Notes: generated by a model not told the origin, from the sequence alone. Positions 49,908 through 64,000 are shown, counted from the first letter of the whole stretch. The stretch: DNA of 64,000 bases, filler included, from Asterionella formosa (GCA_002256025.1; 12 parts of 12 records of this genome joined end to end with filler, not necessarily neighbours in it); one strand, 5' to 3'. Numbers and translations: made by a program.

Positions 49908-50185
49908 GAGATTTCAGGAATGTCCATACATTTCCTGAAGTTTGCTGACATTTCCTTGTTTCCTTGTTAGGTTTCCTTACATTTCCTGAAAGTTATATTT
50001 CCTGAAAGTCATGGGCATTTCCTGAGACCTGAAGTTTGCTGACATTTCCTTATGTTTCCTTAGGTTTCCTTACATTTCCTGAAAGTTATATTTCCTGAAA
50101 GTCATAGGCATTTCCTGAAAGTCCTAGTCTTTTCCTGAAATTCATAGGAATTTCCTGAAAGTCATGATGATTTCCTGAAAGTCAA
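49908..50185 (+). repeat. Degenerate minisatellite built on ATTTCCTGAAAGTC
   Basis: About a dozen TTTCCTGA(A) cores at short spacing. Confidence 0.85.
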
Positions 50186-52507
50186 AGTCATATGCTGTGT
50201 GTTCTCTCGTTTTTGCCAATAGAAGAATTCTGCTATTTATTTCGTTGAACCATGCTATGTGTAGAAGACGCTTTTTATAAAAAATGAATAAGTCCCTGTC
50301 CAGCAACACATTGTCTGTTTCAATAAAATGACTGCAACTTGCTGGTAAACTCTGGATCAGAGGCAAAACCATCTCTAAATTACTGGTAGGGGGTTCATAT
50401 CATTTTGTATTTTGTGTCACTTCATTTGAAAAGGCAATAAGCAATGGCTATACTTGCTTTGAACCGAAAATACTTGTACCTAGTAGAGTATAGTATATAT
50501 AAGGAGTATTCCTGACTAGCTTGTTTTCAAGCTATTGCTATTTTTACTTTGATAACAGCATGGTGTTTGCCTTGTTCTGGTTGACATAAAATGTGCTATT
50601 CTTGACAATCAGGTTGTTCAATTTAGATCATTATAGGTATTTGTGTTTCTAAAAGTAGCAAGCAGATCGAACCATCTGATCCTCCCCAATACATATGCAC
50701 ACCTGCATCAAAAGGGAACAACACCTGCATTGGTGGGCGGTAATATCTATAAAAATTATCTTCATAAATTAAATAGAACCATTTTTTCTATGCCTATTCA
50801 AATTGTATTTGTATTCTTTCCATTTTGTTCCTGCATTCAAGTTTCCTCAAAGGATCATGTACTTGCAAACATAATGGATTCTTTGGTTCATCATCATCAC
50901 TTCCTCCATTTTTCGCTTTGCTGACTTCAGCACTCAAACAGTGATGTCAATTTAAATGATTATCTTATAAAATTTTCTCAGAACTTCATGATGTGATTGC
51001 TTTCTCATTATCATGCCATAGTGAATTGAATGTTTGTAAACATTCTGTGATGATTCCTCCAAGAATTCATGTGACAACCAAATGGTGCCACTGTCTGCAC
51101 ATGTCATAAAAAGTCAGTTATCCAACAATCGTCGCCACATTTAACAACATGACAACATCAATCAATTCATAACCACATTTATTGAATGTCCTTCTACTGC
51201 TTGACTGGGGTGTGTGGATGACAGAAAGACAGGTCTGGTTGTACTGTACATTTAAATAAACTGATACTGATTGGGTCCATTGTTTGGGCACAAGTGCGGC
51301 CGACTATTGGATTGCGTTAAGGTACTATAAAATTTAACTGATTTGTCTGGGATTGAAGTCTTGAAATGTTCAATTAGGTGAGAGCATGGTTGTTCTTGGT
51401 AAACTCGATATGCGGCTATAAGAGTGACTGATATGACCGTGGAAGTATGACCGGAGTGTCTGGTAACTCCATCTGCTAAATGAATCGCCACCTGCTGAGT
51501 TCAGGACTCTGCCACTGCATCGACCTGTTCTAAATTTTAATGTGCCGCCTGCTTGGGAGATGGTGGAGAGGGGACTACCAGTATGTCCTAGAACTATTTA
51601 TGAAAAAAGATATCTCAGCCATGTACCCAATTATGAATTCTCGAGTTACTTAGGCAATTGCAGGTGACAGATATAGCAGCGATATGGCATGAAAAAGGCA
51701 CCAAATAAATCGAATGCGATTTTTTAATGTAACAATAAATCCTCAAAACATGGGGTTAATCCGTGTTCTTGCCAACGTTTTGTCAATGGCTCTTTCAACA
51801 AATATCTTTGGACAAACTATTTGCTATAAACTTGTTATATCTAATGTTATAGCCTAAAAGTGCACATTCTCATTAGGAGGGGGGGGAGGGGGTGAAATTG
51901 TCATATTCAATATATTGGCATTTGGCAGGGGAGAAACATTTTTGTTTCTTGTTCAGTGGGTCACAGCAGCTTTAAGTAGTAGTACTGGGATTCGTGGTAT
52001 TATGGTACTGGTAGCTAGTACATTAACAATCAGAGCTGTCAAGCTACTGCAGGAAGTAGTTTAGCCTCCTCCTTGACAGGATGTCCAGGTCAATGATATT
52101 TTGGAAGAATGCTTGTAAAACAAGTGAGCATATACAGCACACAATTAATTGGGATGGGAAAACATTGTGACATCGAAATATTTGGCTTTCAATGTCAGAA
52201 GTGGGAATGAAATTACCTACTGTTTCACTTATGATTAATGAAACAAAAGAATAATATCATGGTTCGATGGTTTGCTCATAGAGATGACCATGGGAGTAAA
52301 TGAAGCCAACAACCATGATGGTTCCTAAACCAAAACTCATGCAATCCACACTTTTGGGTTTCTTCTTCAATCGGAGAATCGGTAGGGGTAAAAAGAGATT
52401 AATCTACCGGGTTAAAAAATCATGATGGTCATTTTTCATTATTTTCAATACCTGATAGAGTATTCTTCTTCATGAGAGCAAAACAAATATGTGGAAAAAC
52501 AACTGCC

Positions 52508-53345
52508 CTATTTCATTGATATTCTTCCTCTTTTCATTGCTCTTCTTGCTTCTTTTGCTGATCTTTTAACTTCTTTTGCTAGCCTTTTTCGTTCGTTTGC
52601 TGATCGTTTTACTCCTTTTTCTAATCTTTTTACTCCTCTCATTGATTGTCTCTTGTTCGTTTTCTTTATTATTTTCCGTGTTCCTTTCTGTTTAACTAAA
52701 TCCATTGCTGCATACTGTGACAAAACTGGAAAACCCACCCCTCTCGTACTTTTGATTCTTGATGGTCTTAAAAGATCGTTGAATTTTGGCTGACCACGGC
52801 ATACACCACCAGTTGGATGAATGGGTGCATTGTTTGCATCAAGTCCATATATTCCAGATTGTGGCAACAAACTATGAACTTTCCGAATCAGCTCAGGGAG
52901 TGTCACATGGTGAGCATATATATGTCGGTTACAAAATTCTCGAAGCACACTGTCGCTGACATTAATTCTGTCAGTGGAGTGCATATATGCGGTTGTGTAC
53001 TGTTGTTGAGCGTCAATCCGGTCTTGGTCATCCCAAACAGTAATATTCATGAGCCGGTGCCAAAATCCAAACAATGACGCAAACGTCGTTTTTCTCCCAC
53101 GGAGAGCATACTCTTGGATGACAAGGAATGTGTCGATAATGTCACGAGAAAACAGCATAAAGTTTTCATCCGCTTGTTGAAACCCATCAAGACACCAGTA
53201 TTTACCCCAGAAAAATGCAGCCTTGGGAGCTTGGTGGATGAGGTCATCTATCAGTTTATGAGTACATAGATATCCGTCGTCGTCGATTTGTAGCAGGTAC
53301 CGGAAGTTATAGTGATTGACTGCATATTTCATTTGCCAAAACGCA
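52508..53345 (-). CDS. GT31-like galactosyltransferase, C-terminal part, with a basic heptad-repeat tail
   Basis: YAVNHYNFRYLLQIDDDGYLC DxD motif; tail GVKRLEK-GVKRSAN-ERKRLAK-EVKRSAK. Confidence 0.75.
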
Positions 53346-53445
53346 NNNNNNNNNNNNNNNNNNNNNNNNNNNNNNNNNNNNNNNNNNNNTTAATTAATTA
53401 ANNNNNNNNNNNNNNNNNNNNNNNNNNNNNNNNNNNNNNNNNNNN

Positions 53446-53665
53446 GATCCAACAAGGAATCAATCTTGGCCTGCCAGGTTGAATTGCCATTGGTGTTCTC
53501 AAAATCTTCGTCGAGAGAATCAGCAAATGCGGTAAACGGATTATCCTTCTGCTGCTGTGAAACCTTGAGGTGGGTGGAGATAAACCTCGGGCGCTGCGTG
53601 GTAAAGGCGGATGTTGCGCCATGGACCATCAGGAAAGCACTAACGGCGAGCTTCATTGGATCCAT
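53446..53665 (-). CDS. N-terminus of a probable plastid-targeted protein (bipartite presequence), partial
   Basis: Signal peptide followed by ATSA-F-TT (ASAFAP-type cleavage motif) and a Thr/Arg-rich transit peptide. Confidence 0.7.
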
Positions 53666-54419
53666 TCACTTTTTTTTCGTTAACAGTCAAATGGAACGAA
53701 TTCTATCTCTTTCTCGCCTCTTATAGTTGTGCCGCTGATGAAATGAATGGCAGATGCGGATACTTTCTCCGGAATAGGTCCAGTCTTGCAATACTTGTAC
53801 TACCGGGGAGCGGTTTCTGATTTCGTTGAGGAATTTCTGGGATTTACTGATACACCGCGGCCGGCTTCGCAACTTATTTTTAGCCTCATCTACTATTCTA
53901 TGCAAGCAGCAGCATCATTACATACTGGTACATATTATGTATGATAGATAACTGTATACCCGGTATATAAAATGTACGCTTAGTATTATGGTACCAGTAC
54001 TCTACGGTACCTGGTACCAGGTACCAGGTACCATCGTGTCACAGCCATGGAAAGAAATTTCAGGCGGCGGAGAAAAAAAAAAGCAATTGGCGAATCAAAA
54101 GAGAGAGAATCATTTATTCTTTGCGGGTGACTTGAGGTTGAACTCCGATCCTCGATTATCCCCAGCCTTAAAATTGTGGGTTGGGCGATTTCCATGTAGA
54201 CAAGCAAAATGGCTGGAAGGTCCGGTAATCAGCGAATTGCATATGCACTATACTAAAAATTCCATGTAGCGGTTTCAATCTACCGGTACTTCATTCGAAG
54301 TCTGACCAGCTCACCAATTCCGAAATGATGAAAAATCTTAAAATATTTCCATTTATTTATATTACCTGTAACCATTATAAAGTTTCAAATGGAATAGCAC
54401 TGCCACCTTTCACAGCAGA

Positions 54420-54970
54420 ATCGCTGACTACCAACTTCAACTTGCTGACTGCAGACTTCTTGTTGCTAACTGCTAACTTGATTTTGCTGAAAAGAATTTG
54501 AAATATTTGCTGACTGCTGACTTCATTTGCTGACTACTGACATGCAGTCACTGACTGCTAACTTCAACATGCTGACATCAAGCAACCTACTTTGAACACA
54601 GGAAGAGACCAACTACCAGTACAGGTGTACAAATTGTGTTTACTTTTCATATTTAAATAACAATGGAAACCCATCTTTTCATTGTTGGGATACTCAAAGC
54701 AATGCCTTCTACGTTCATACTATTGGGAGTAACACAGAGGTACCTGGTACTCCATACATGATAAAAACTGTGAAATAGACATTGATGCCTGAAAAAATCA
54801 TTGATATCTACTTCTTCATATTGCTACCACTATGTACTATTGTAAAAATGCTGACTTCAACTTGCTAACTACTGACCGTGGACTCCGTTTCGCTGACTGC
54901 TGACTTGATTTGCTGAAAATTTGAAAAAAATGGCTGACTGCTGACATGAAATCGCTGACTGCTGCCTTCA
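54420..54970 (+). repeat. Two blocks of GCTGACT(GCT) short repeats (54420-54580 and 54848-54970)
   Basis: Repeated GCTGACTGCTGACTT units; the blocks are related to each other. Confidence 0.75.
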
Positions 54971-55503
54971 AGTTCATTGTCAAGCATTCAAATAATGCAC
55001 AACACACCATATAATTATTGAAACATTATCCTATGATTTACAGTCTTTCATCATATATCTATCTTAACATGATCGTAATTCTAATCAAAGTGTCTGTTGA
55101 AAATATGCTGAAATAGACAACAATTTTTTATAATTAGAAATCATTTCTAATTTTCAACCTACTAACCGCCTTTTCGCCATCCTTACACTAAGCCACCACC
55201 TCTGCTTGTTCTTTGATTCCTGCAGCTTGATTTTGACGCCTCTGGTTCACTGGCTGTGCCTTTCCCTTACTCCCACAGTTCTCACGTCGAATGCTAAAAA
55301 AGCAACCTCCTTTCTTCAAAGCCAAAGTGTATTTTAGTTCTGGTACGCATATGATAAGCAACTAATGACCAGCTTCCTATAGTGGATATTGTACCAGTCA
55401 ACCCAGGAAAATGTTGTATGTGCATCCAGTGTGGCCAGTGTGGGTATGTAGGACCTCGCGAACCGGGCCAATCAAATGGTGGTAAGCAAGAACAAAAAGA
55501 GAG

Positions 55504-55883
55504 AAAAAAGTTATTATGTTTTATAACCCATTTGTACTCCCCTATTTTAGGCAAGTTTTTCATTGTGCTACTAGCTAGTACCTACCAACAAGACCTGTGC
55601 TTCCCTAGTTTTGTTAGCGTAGGTAAGTCACCAACCAACTTTCAGGAAAGATGATGGTCTTAGCCGCAGTGTTAGGGGAAACTCCGATCGCCTAGGAAGG
55701 CGGCACAAGCTGCTTGTAGGGGGGGGGCAACCCACTATTTCTTGCGCACCAGGCAAGACAGTGCGGTACAGTAAGGAGTGTGGGAGTTGATACCAACAAT
55801 TGATTCTAAAAGAAATTGCGGGAATCGAACCTCACAACCTCAAATCAAAGGCAACGTGCTAAAAAAACACTAAGCCATTCCCT
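55504..55883 (-). mobile_element. tRNA-derived SINE, copy B
   Basis: Reverse complement is colinear with copy A from GGGAATGGCTTAGTG to TAACTTTT. Confidence 0.85.
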
Positions 55884-55943
55884 CAAATAATGGCAAGTAA
55901 TTCAATTTGACAAATCAAAATATTGTAGTAAAGGGGGCAACTT

Positions 55944-56070
55944 TTGTCGAGAAAGTGAATAAGGAAGTTCGGTTTTTTACTAGTGTTCCAAAAAAACCGT
56001 TTGAGTCGGTGAAATACACTATTTACAGCATATTTTAAAGACCGAAGTTCCTTTCTGTACTTTCTCGACA
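55944..56070. repeat. Short inverted repeat (arms about 30 bp), MITE-like
   Basis: TGTCGAGAAAGT...AAGGAAGTTCGGT versus ACCGAAGTTCCTT...ACTTTCTCGACA. Confidence 0.7.
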
Positions 56071-57540
56071 GATCCTATATCTTGCCATACAGAGTTGTCC
56101 TATGCTACCCATTCTTTGACCAATCATGACTGTCTTTCTAAAAATAGCTAAGCATATGGAAAGGCTCAGGCATCCAATGTCGGAAGCTCCGAGTAGCGAT
56201 ATACATATTTATTTTGTACTTGAAAAGTGTGTGTTTTATTAGTCTGAATCAATATTTGTTTTTAACCCTACCTTGAGGGAGGGGTTCAAATGCAGGAATC
56301 TTAAGAAGTAGAGTACCAGTTAAGGTTGCGGCCCTGGCGTAACCCTAGTTTGCAAAAAACACTGCTAGGGTTGAAAAAATGGCAGGGAACAAGGAATTTA
56401 CTTCTATGAATTCCCATGATTTGAATGTTGAATATTTGAATTAAAAAGGAATCGGCGCCAGATTGATAGAGTTCCATTTAAACAAACAAAAATGATATTT
56501 ATACATAGTTATTATATCTACATTGCTGTATTTTGACATAATTTTGCTTCATGCCAAAACACATATATAAACCAGGAGTATGCAATATGTATGCGCATGA
56601 TTCTTGTTCAAACAAAAGAAATGATGTCATTTATACGGTTATATTGAATCTACGTTGCTATATGTAGTTTCAATACTTTCGTTACTCTACAACCAAAGGC
56701 ATATACCGGTATTTAAATCAGTGCCGGAGTACGTACAGATTTTACATATCGGTATGTAGTACATCTAATACATGTGGTTCAAGTGTGGCTGGTGTAACTT
56801 TACAAGACCATGATACTTCAGCGAATCTTGAGCAGGTGAGTAAATTCAATTTAACCAATCAGGACATGTATAGTGACACGGGAACTTTCCCTCTGGAGTC
56901 TTTTCTGACAGAGAAATATTCAGGAAAAGTACCTGCGCAAGACTCTAAGTCTACATGAACGTTTTTGCATGTACTAATTCCGATTCCAAATATTTTGGTG
57001 ACTGTTGAAAAAGCCGATCGGATCGACTTTTTGATGGATGATTGCTCTACATCTACGGGATTTCATGAAGTATAAAATAAATAACCGAGTACCCTACTAA
57101 AACCATCAGGAGTCAACTTCTGGAGAGAAGTGGCAGTTATGTATCATAGATTTTTTGAAAAGCTTCGTAGCCCCTTTTTTTGCGGCAGTTACGAATCTTT
57201 GATACATACCTGCCACTTCTCTCCAGAAATGAGGTCCTTTCCATATCTGAATATAGATCATACCCCTAAGTCGAGCAATGACTGTCTCTAACAAGCAAAG
57301 TGGTCGTATTGGTGAACGCTAATTTTTCCTTCAACTATTTTATTTAGTTGTATGTACTGTGTAGATTGAAGTACATCATAAAATTATTTTGGGAAAAAAC
57401 AGACCTTGCGATGTTTTACTGAAATTAATAACCTGACGCAGGGCAGGTGTATGGAAAACATCATCAATGCACTCTTTGAAATCATCTGTATGCATGGTGA
57501 TCACCTTTTAGGTTTTATGCTAGTTTATTCTTCAAAACAG

Positions 57541-57766
57541 GGAAACGTCAAGAAAATGACAATGACTGGGGCAATAGAGGGGCGGTCCAAAGCAAAAGTA
57601 AGCAAATCTTGCTTGCTTTATTCTCTCGAAATCGTTCATCACTTCCGGCTGAAGTGATGAAAATAGCGCAAGCAAGATTTGCTTACTTTTGCTTTGGACA
57701 ACCCCTCTATTGCCCCAGTCATTGTCATTTTCTTTTTTGAGCCTTTTGCCACGTTTTGACGTTTCC
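57541..57766. repeat. Long near-perfect inverted repeat (foldback)
   Basis: 67-bp arms at 57550-57616 and 57668-57734; inner hairpin TTCATCACTTC-CGGCT-GAAGTGATGAA; outer 11-bp pairing. Confidence 0.92.
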
Positions 57767-59237
57767 ATGTTTAGACGAAATAATAATTTATGCCCAAGAC
57801 AAGTTGTGATACCGGGTACTCAAAAAGAGACTTGACGACGTTCTCTATTTAGTCTTTTGGAGCGCCTGTCCTGCCTCACGTTGTCCATTTCAGCAAAATG
57901 ACCGCAACTTCCTTCGTGTTAGCAGGTACATCGTTAGTCAACATCATTGGTGGGATAGCAAATTGCCATTGAAATACAACACATATCTACTGGTATACGC
58001 TATGTAAAATAGATTTCTTAGGAACAGCAGCGATTCGGTTTTGATCTCGCAAAAGTCACCAACTACAGGGAAACTATGTGCCGGTATACCGGAATATGAC
58101 TGTAATTTGTTAAACCGAGTCATTCCTCTGCCTAGGAGATATTTATTCAGTCAGTATTATGGTGATCTTCTTAAGTGTGGAACAAGATGTAATTATTCGC
58201 TATGAAGTTATTTATACATACATATATATAATATATATATTCAACTACCGGTAGGCGACCCTGGTATCGGGAGTGTCTATGACTATTCAAGATAAATTAA
58301 TCTGCCTGGGCGGTATCCTCAGTTCTACCTTTACCATTGGTGTCAGTCAAGTCACGATTGTTCGCTCACAACCGTCCTCGTTTCGATTTGCTAAATATAT
58401 ATCTTGGATAAGAATGTACATCAGCAGATGTACGTACCGCTAATTCTGTTGCAGAATTGTCGTACATAAGTCACTATTTCGTTGTTTGATACTTTAGCTT
58501 GCTTGGATCGAGTTAAAGCGTTCAACATCAACGGAGAGAACATCTCAACCTCTAACCACATTCATTTAGCACAACAACAACACATTGCTTATCACGGCGA
58601 ACTTTACCATGTCCACAAAATACAATTCTTCTGTGAGTTCCAACACACTTGATGAGCCTCCTCCCCTGACATTGAAAGATNNNNNNNNNNNNNNNNNNNN
58701 NNNNNNNNNNNNNNNNNNNNNNNNTTAATTAATTAANNNNNNNNNNNNNNNNNNNNNNNNNNNNNNNNNNNNNNNNNNNNGATTTTTCTGTAGTTATACC
58801 GATTTTTTTCTATTGTTGGTGTTGCTTGGCTAATAGCTCAACCATGAAGCGGAATTTCGCTCTCCAATGCTTTACAAGACATGCCGGATTTTCTGGAAGA
58901 TTCCCACACATAGCAGTATGCTTGCAAGCTAGACCAGTTACCGGTATACTGGCAAGATTTTGGAACAGAATGGTATTTGGAATATAGAATGACAGTATCC
59001 AATACTGCAGTATACTTTCACCGACCTCTGGTCTACATGGTGGTAAACTTCGATACTATTTAGTGCTATCAGGGGTGGTACCATCAGGTAATAATACAAA
59101 ACATAGACTACCGGTAGATTCATATTTTGTACTATGCTTGCATCCATCAGATAGATCCCTGACGAGACTTCACAACTTCGCTCTCAGTCTTTTGTCAACT
59201 GACATTGAAGTTGAAACGAAAATAAATCAAAATAAAT

Positions 59238-60303
59238 ATGATCCCAATGCACACAGTAACAGAGGAAGTTACAGTGACTACACCGATCCAGGAGCAGCAC
59301 GACGATAATCTGGTATCATGGGGAATTCTTTGGGGTGGATATCTGATCGCTGCGATTGCTTGTGCATATCAAGTCGTTTTAGATCGAAAGGCTGCAAGAA
59401 CGTTAGCCGACATTGAGCAAGGAACTGGAGAAGCCAGCAGTGGCGATACAACGCGAGCGATGGTAAGATTTTATTTTGACGTTGCATCAGTCCCTCTCTT
59501 GTCGTATCATTTACTCTCTGACTGCTCGGCCCTGTTATTTCTTTCTTTAGTTTTATAAACTGCTCCTCTTCGCCTTGCTATCTCGAGTCGCCCTTATACC
59601 AGTTTTGATCTCGGGTGCTGAATTCACCATTCAATTCTTTGCTGACACGTTCGGATACTTGTCGTTTGCATCTGCGTGGGTGTTGCTGGTTTCCTTTTTT
59701 GTGCAGTTGGTGGGAACTGCTTCTGGTGCTCTTATTTATACCGGACCATCTATTGTCATGCAAGTGACCGGATACGCCGTGTATGCTATCCTCTGTGTCA
59801 CCTACTTTTGGAATGATGCAGCGAGCATCTTACTTTTTGCTCTACTTTGCTGCATTTATGCAGCTCTCTTTGCAACGTTGATTTACTTTGGACCGCGGCT
59901 CTTGACGATCTTGCGGCCCTCCCTAGTCCGACGCTCTGGCTTGGCCTTACGATTGATTGCATCTTGTGTGATTTGTATCTTTGTTTTTGCGTCAAGGACA
60001 GTTTTTTTGGCCCGCATGGTGGTGGATCCGCCCAAACATGAATCTTGGTGGTGGAATTACGGATGCTTGGAGCTGCTTCCAAGTGTTTCGTTGCTGATAA
60101 TGATGCACCCCAATCGACAGCCCAAGTCGCCACCAGCGGGAACTCCGCCAACTTTGATTGGGAAGACTGCTGAAGGTCAGATCATTCAAAGGAACTTGTC
60201 GTCAAATAGTATGAAAAGGAGTGTCGAGAATGGACCATTGATGAGGTATGGCCCACAGTATGGGTCAACTGATGCCTCAGTGCAGCAAGGGTCTGTGTCA
60301 TAG
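59238..60303 (+). CDS. Multi-pass membrane protein, THH1/TOM1/TOM3 (DUF1084)-like, 2 exons (59238-59462, 59551-60303), 325 aa
   Basis: About 7 hydrophobic segments; phase-0 GTAAG...TTTAG intron; F.SAWVLLVSFF and YGCLELLPS motifs. Confidence 0.75.
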
Positions 60304-62829
60304 TGGGGATAATAAGTGACTTACTAGAAGACTTGGCAGCTTGATGGCACCCAGCATCGACTTTGTTTTAGAAGAATTCGAAACAGACTACCAGTTATTG
60401 AAACCAGTTCGCTCTGAATATAAAGATGAGAGACATCAGAGAGGTTGGTGATGAGTTTCCTTCTAGGTGCCTACATGATACCCCATTCCAAGACATGGGC
60501 TAATTTAGTCCCTCAGTTTGAATCTCATTTCTTTAGTTTCACTCGTCAGTGAACAAAGCAAAGGCACTCTGCTCATTGTAGTGCCTGGTGGACCATTACA
60601 TAATACAATGGTATACAGGTAGTCTAGTCTATTGGTCACTGATACCTGGTACTCCCTCTGGGCGAAAACAACTGTTTCAATTTGCAGTGACTCAAGTGCT
60701 GAGTAGCTTAATGGTAAGTTTAGGACAGGAGGTTGTTCAGTATATTTTCTATGGTTGTTACATTTACATTGGCCATGCCACAGGATATTTAATGGCACCA
60801 GTCATCAAAACGAGCATACCATTGTATTCTTCCTTTCCATCATTGCTACTTTTGCGGTTGTGCATATCATAATTGAAGACAAGTGACCATTGTTCAACTG
60901 TTATATCCTCCTTCATATGCATGTTGAGAATAGATGATTTGAAAAAAATAGGCCCTCATGCATGTACATTTGCTTTGCTCGAGATGGCCTTATCTAAGTG
61001 AAAATGGAAAAAGTCCAAAACCTTTTTTGTATAGTAGTTGCCAATTTTGAATTAACCACATAGATATTATACATGGATATGTAGCGTAGAGCAAGGCACA
61101 GATGAGGGCAATTAAGCCGGAGAAAATCCTAGGAGTCAAAATGGCCCTCGAGAAATTGTAAGAATTGATGCAATTGTCTTCGCCTAGAGGGAGTCGTTAG
61201 TGATGAACTCAAAACACAAAAGGACAGTTGTGAAGGAAATCGATGAACTAAGTAATTTGTGAGTGAGTGGACTGGCTAGGGTTAGCTTGCTTGATTAGGT
61301 TCTGGGTAATTTGGCGGAGAAACCCGGAGGATGACGATGGGTTTATCAACAGTCGTACCAGGTACCAAGGTAGTCTAGCACCTGGAGTTCTAGTAGTGCT
61401 GGTACTGGTATCATATTATTTGCCCTAGGGCGGGTTGTCAGGATTAACGTAGGTTCTTGTTGTGAATTGGTAATTATGAGCTTAACGATTAGTGTATCTA
61501 TATGCATATTACTAGCTCATATTAATAGAAATCACGGGGGACTCCCAAGGGCAATATTATGTCAAGGGTACATTCTAGGTGTCAAGAGTGCTACTAGGAG
61601 CTTTTTAGACTCTATCGAGAACCATTGATTCTCTTGTACTGACAAATCCCTCCTCCTAAGCTTGTTTAGAATAGGTGGTGGCAAAACAGGAGCCTCATGT
61701 GTCTCCATTTGTTTGCTTGAGGTGGCCAAAAGCCAAAATCGGGAAAAACCAAAAATGTTTTTTTGAAATGTAGATGGCAATTTTAAATTTTCTGCACCTA
61801 TATCATATACATAGGTTGATAGCTTATTGGATGGCAAGCAATAAGGCAAGAATTGAGCCAGAGAATGGTAGGAGTGCGTCAAAATGGCACCAGAGAAATA
61901 TAAAGTTTTGCAATCACATGGAGCTGTTGTGGTGTACAAATAGGTTTTGGATGCTGTGACTAACAACATGTTTTGTTTTTCAGACTGAATTTTTTTTAAA
62001 TATTAATCTCCTAGTCTATCTCTCCTCCTGACTTACTAGCTGCTCCAAGAGATTAGGGTTTCTTTGGTGATGCACCAGTGGAATGAGATCTCGCTCACAT
62101 CAATAACTTGCTGGTAAGCATTTTCTTGGTGCCTTTACATACAAGACTACCAATTTTCATTTAGGAAATAAATATCAATGCACGAGACGGGTCATTTGAC
62201 ATATTGATTGATGTACTATTAAATCTTCGGGACTGTAATAAGAGCATCATCTCCACCGCATCGACCAAATACCAAAGCCAATTGCAGTTGAAAATATCAA
62301 TACACGTCACTTGGTCGAGTATTTTTTATCAATAGTCGAATTTTTCATGCTTTTTCCCACCACATCGACCAAATCCTAGAATAGTCAAATCTCGCGCCGA
62401 AACTTTTGGCGAATAGAAATTGCACTAGAATGTTGTTGCATGTGTATCATTTTATTGGTAAGGGGGGGGCGGGGTAAGATAGCGACTGATCAGATGAAGA
62501 CCGCTCCTACACTTCCGTACATAACGGTTATACATATACAGGAAGAAAACGAGAAAAGGCAACCGAAGGAGGAGGCGGAGGATCAAAGGAAGTCGCTTGG
62601 CTAGTCTGTACCTGTAGTTTTTTGAATATTAGTAGCATCACATTTCCTGTAAATTCCTTATCCTTACGCAGCTAGTACTACGCCTATCTAAACTGCCCAT
62701 CAAAAACTAATATGACTATGCATTTGTATATTGGTATTCTAGAATAGAAAAACCCTTCCGTTTTCCAATTAGCTAGAGTGATACTTTTCTAATCAATCAT
62801 ACAAGCATCGACATGTAATCTATATTATT

Positions 62830-63200
62830 GTTCCTTCATTTGGAATCATCTATTACATCAAAATCATCGGCGATGTGCAAGCCTTTAATGTTACTTTTCA
62901 AGCTAGCAACAACGTCAACAGATACTCCAATGGAATTAAATTGGGTGGCGTCTTTAAAGAAAATAATGACCTTCAAATCTTTGAGGGGTATGCCAAGGGC
63001 TGTCTCTTTGGTGCTGATTTTAAGTCTTTTATGAAGTAGGTACTGTATCGCAACCTCCAGTGCCTGCTACGCCATTGCCTACCAAAGCCCCAACGCCCGT
63101 GCCTGCTACACCATTGCCTACCAAGGTGCCAGTGGTGGATGACAGGTGGGACATTGGAGTACTGGAAGCACTTGAATTATTGAGATGCAATTGGATCACA
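62830..63200 (-). pseudogene. Possible disrupted gene fragment around a short 36-bp PT-type repeat (strand uncertain)
   Basis: GTGCCTGCTAC(G/A)CCATTGCCTACCAA is duplicated at 63060 and 63099; no long ORF. Confidence 0.25.
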
Positions 63201-64000
63201 CCTAATCCCTCCTTCACTTTGTTCCTTAAACGACATTGCCTTTATTGGCGTGAAGCCCTTTGTTAAATGGCGCAACTCCTCTCTTGGATAATTTTTTGAA
63301 TTCTTCAGCTGATTAATCAACCATCGACACTGTAAATTGTTTTACAATATACCCATGGCATTACTTCATATAATGCTGAGCAAACTTGAGCATAATGTTG
63401 ATCTGCAGGCAAGGGAAGGAGATATCAATACTAGCCAGGGACATGTAGCAGTCTTCCAATGATGACACATCATCATGGTACATGAGGAACAATGCTGCCT
63501 TGACAAAACTCGCACATCGCTATCGATTGTTGCTCTTGACAGTGACAAAATAATCCAACTTTGGTCTTGTCTGAAACGGAGGATGAATCGTCCTCGTTGG
63601 CTGCTGCTCCTACTCATGTGGCATCCTGCTTTGACGCCAATGGATGACGATATCTTATTGGGATTGGGACTGTCAAAGACTTGAAGGACAACATTCAGCA
63701 AGATATCATATTTTATGCATGAGATTGTTTTATAGATAGCTGCCAGTATTATTCAAAGGTATTTGTACTTAAGTTTATTATTTGTCTACATCAAGAGAGT
63801 AAAGTAAATGTGTATTGTAAGCCTTTGTGGATCAATTAAACAGTTGATGTTATGTTGCCGGTGCAAGCCATAATCTAGACCAATAGAAACGATTCCTTTG
63901 TTTGGCTACGGTCTGACTCTAATCGACCAAATACCTGATATTTGGTCAATAAGGGGGTCATCCTCAATCAAGACCAAAGCATATTTGGTCTTGGTTGATG

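Overview
Eukaryotic, AT-rich DNA, most likely from a diatom. Evidence: spliceosomal introns, an ASAF-type plastid presequence, CoDi-type Copia RT and diatom-style PT/LRR repeats. The window is not one locus. It is 12 unrelated ~5.2-kb contigs in descending length order, joined by 100-nt N/TTAATTAATTAA/N linkers (1-5258, 5359-10615, 10716-15965, 16066-21314, 21415-26660, 26761-32000, 32101-37337, 37438-42673, 42774-48009, 48110-53345, 53446-58680, 58781-64000), so adjacency across linkers means nothing. Host genes: mitoribosomal mL43, a 5-exon syntaxin, RING-H2, SPX, M43 protease-Hint, an AlkB-like/glycosyltransferase fusion, a METTL21-like methyltransferase, GT31, a TOM1/THH1-like membrane protein and a Crinkler-type Ubl-NTPase-REase protein. 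These sit among decayed Copia, DIRS-like, LINE, Crypton-like, Ginger-like and DDE elements, MITEs and satellites. Best leads: (1) a tRNA-derived SINE family in three contigs, one copy with a 16-bp target-site duplication; (2) the degenerate-AlkB + GT-A fusion; (3) an intact Crinkler-type gene; (4) a syntaxin ending in CaaX instead of a transmembrane helix; (5) a shared hairpin-bearing element end that cuts three different retroelements; (6) a strongly iterated TACCGGTA/GGTACCA motif upstream of genes. All family calls are by eye from motifs; no searches were run.
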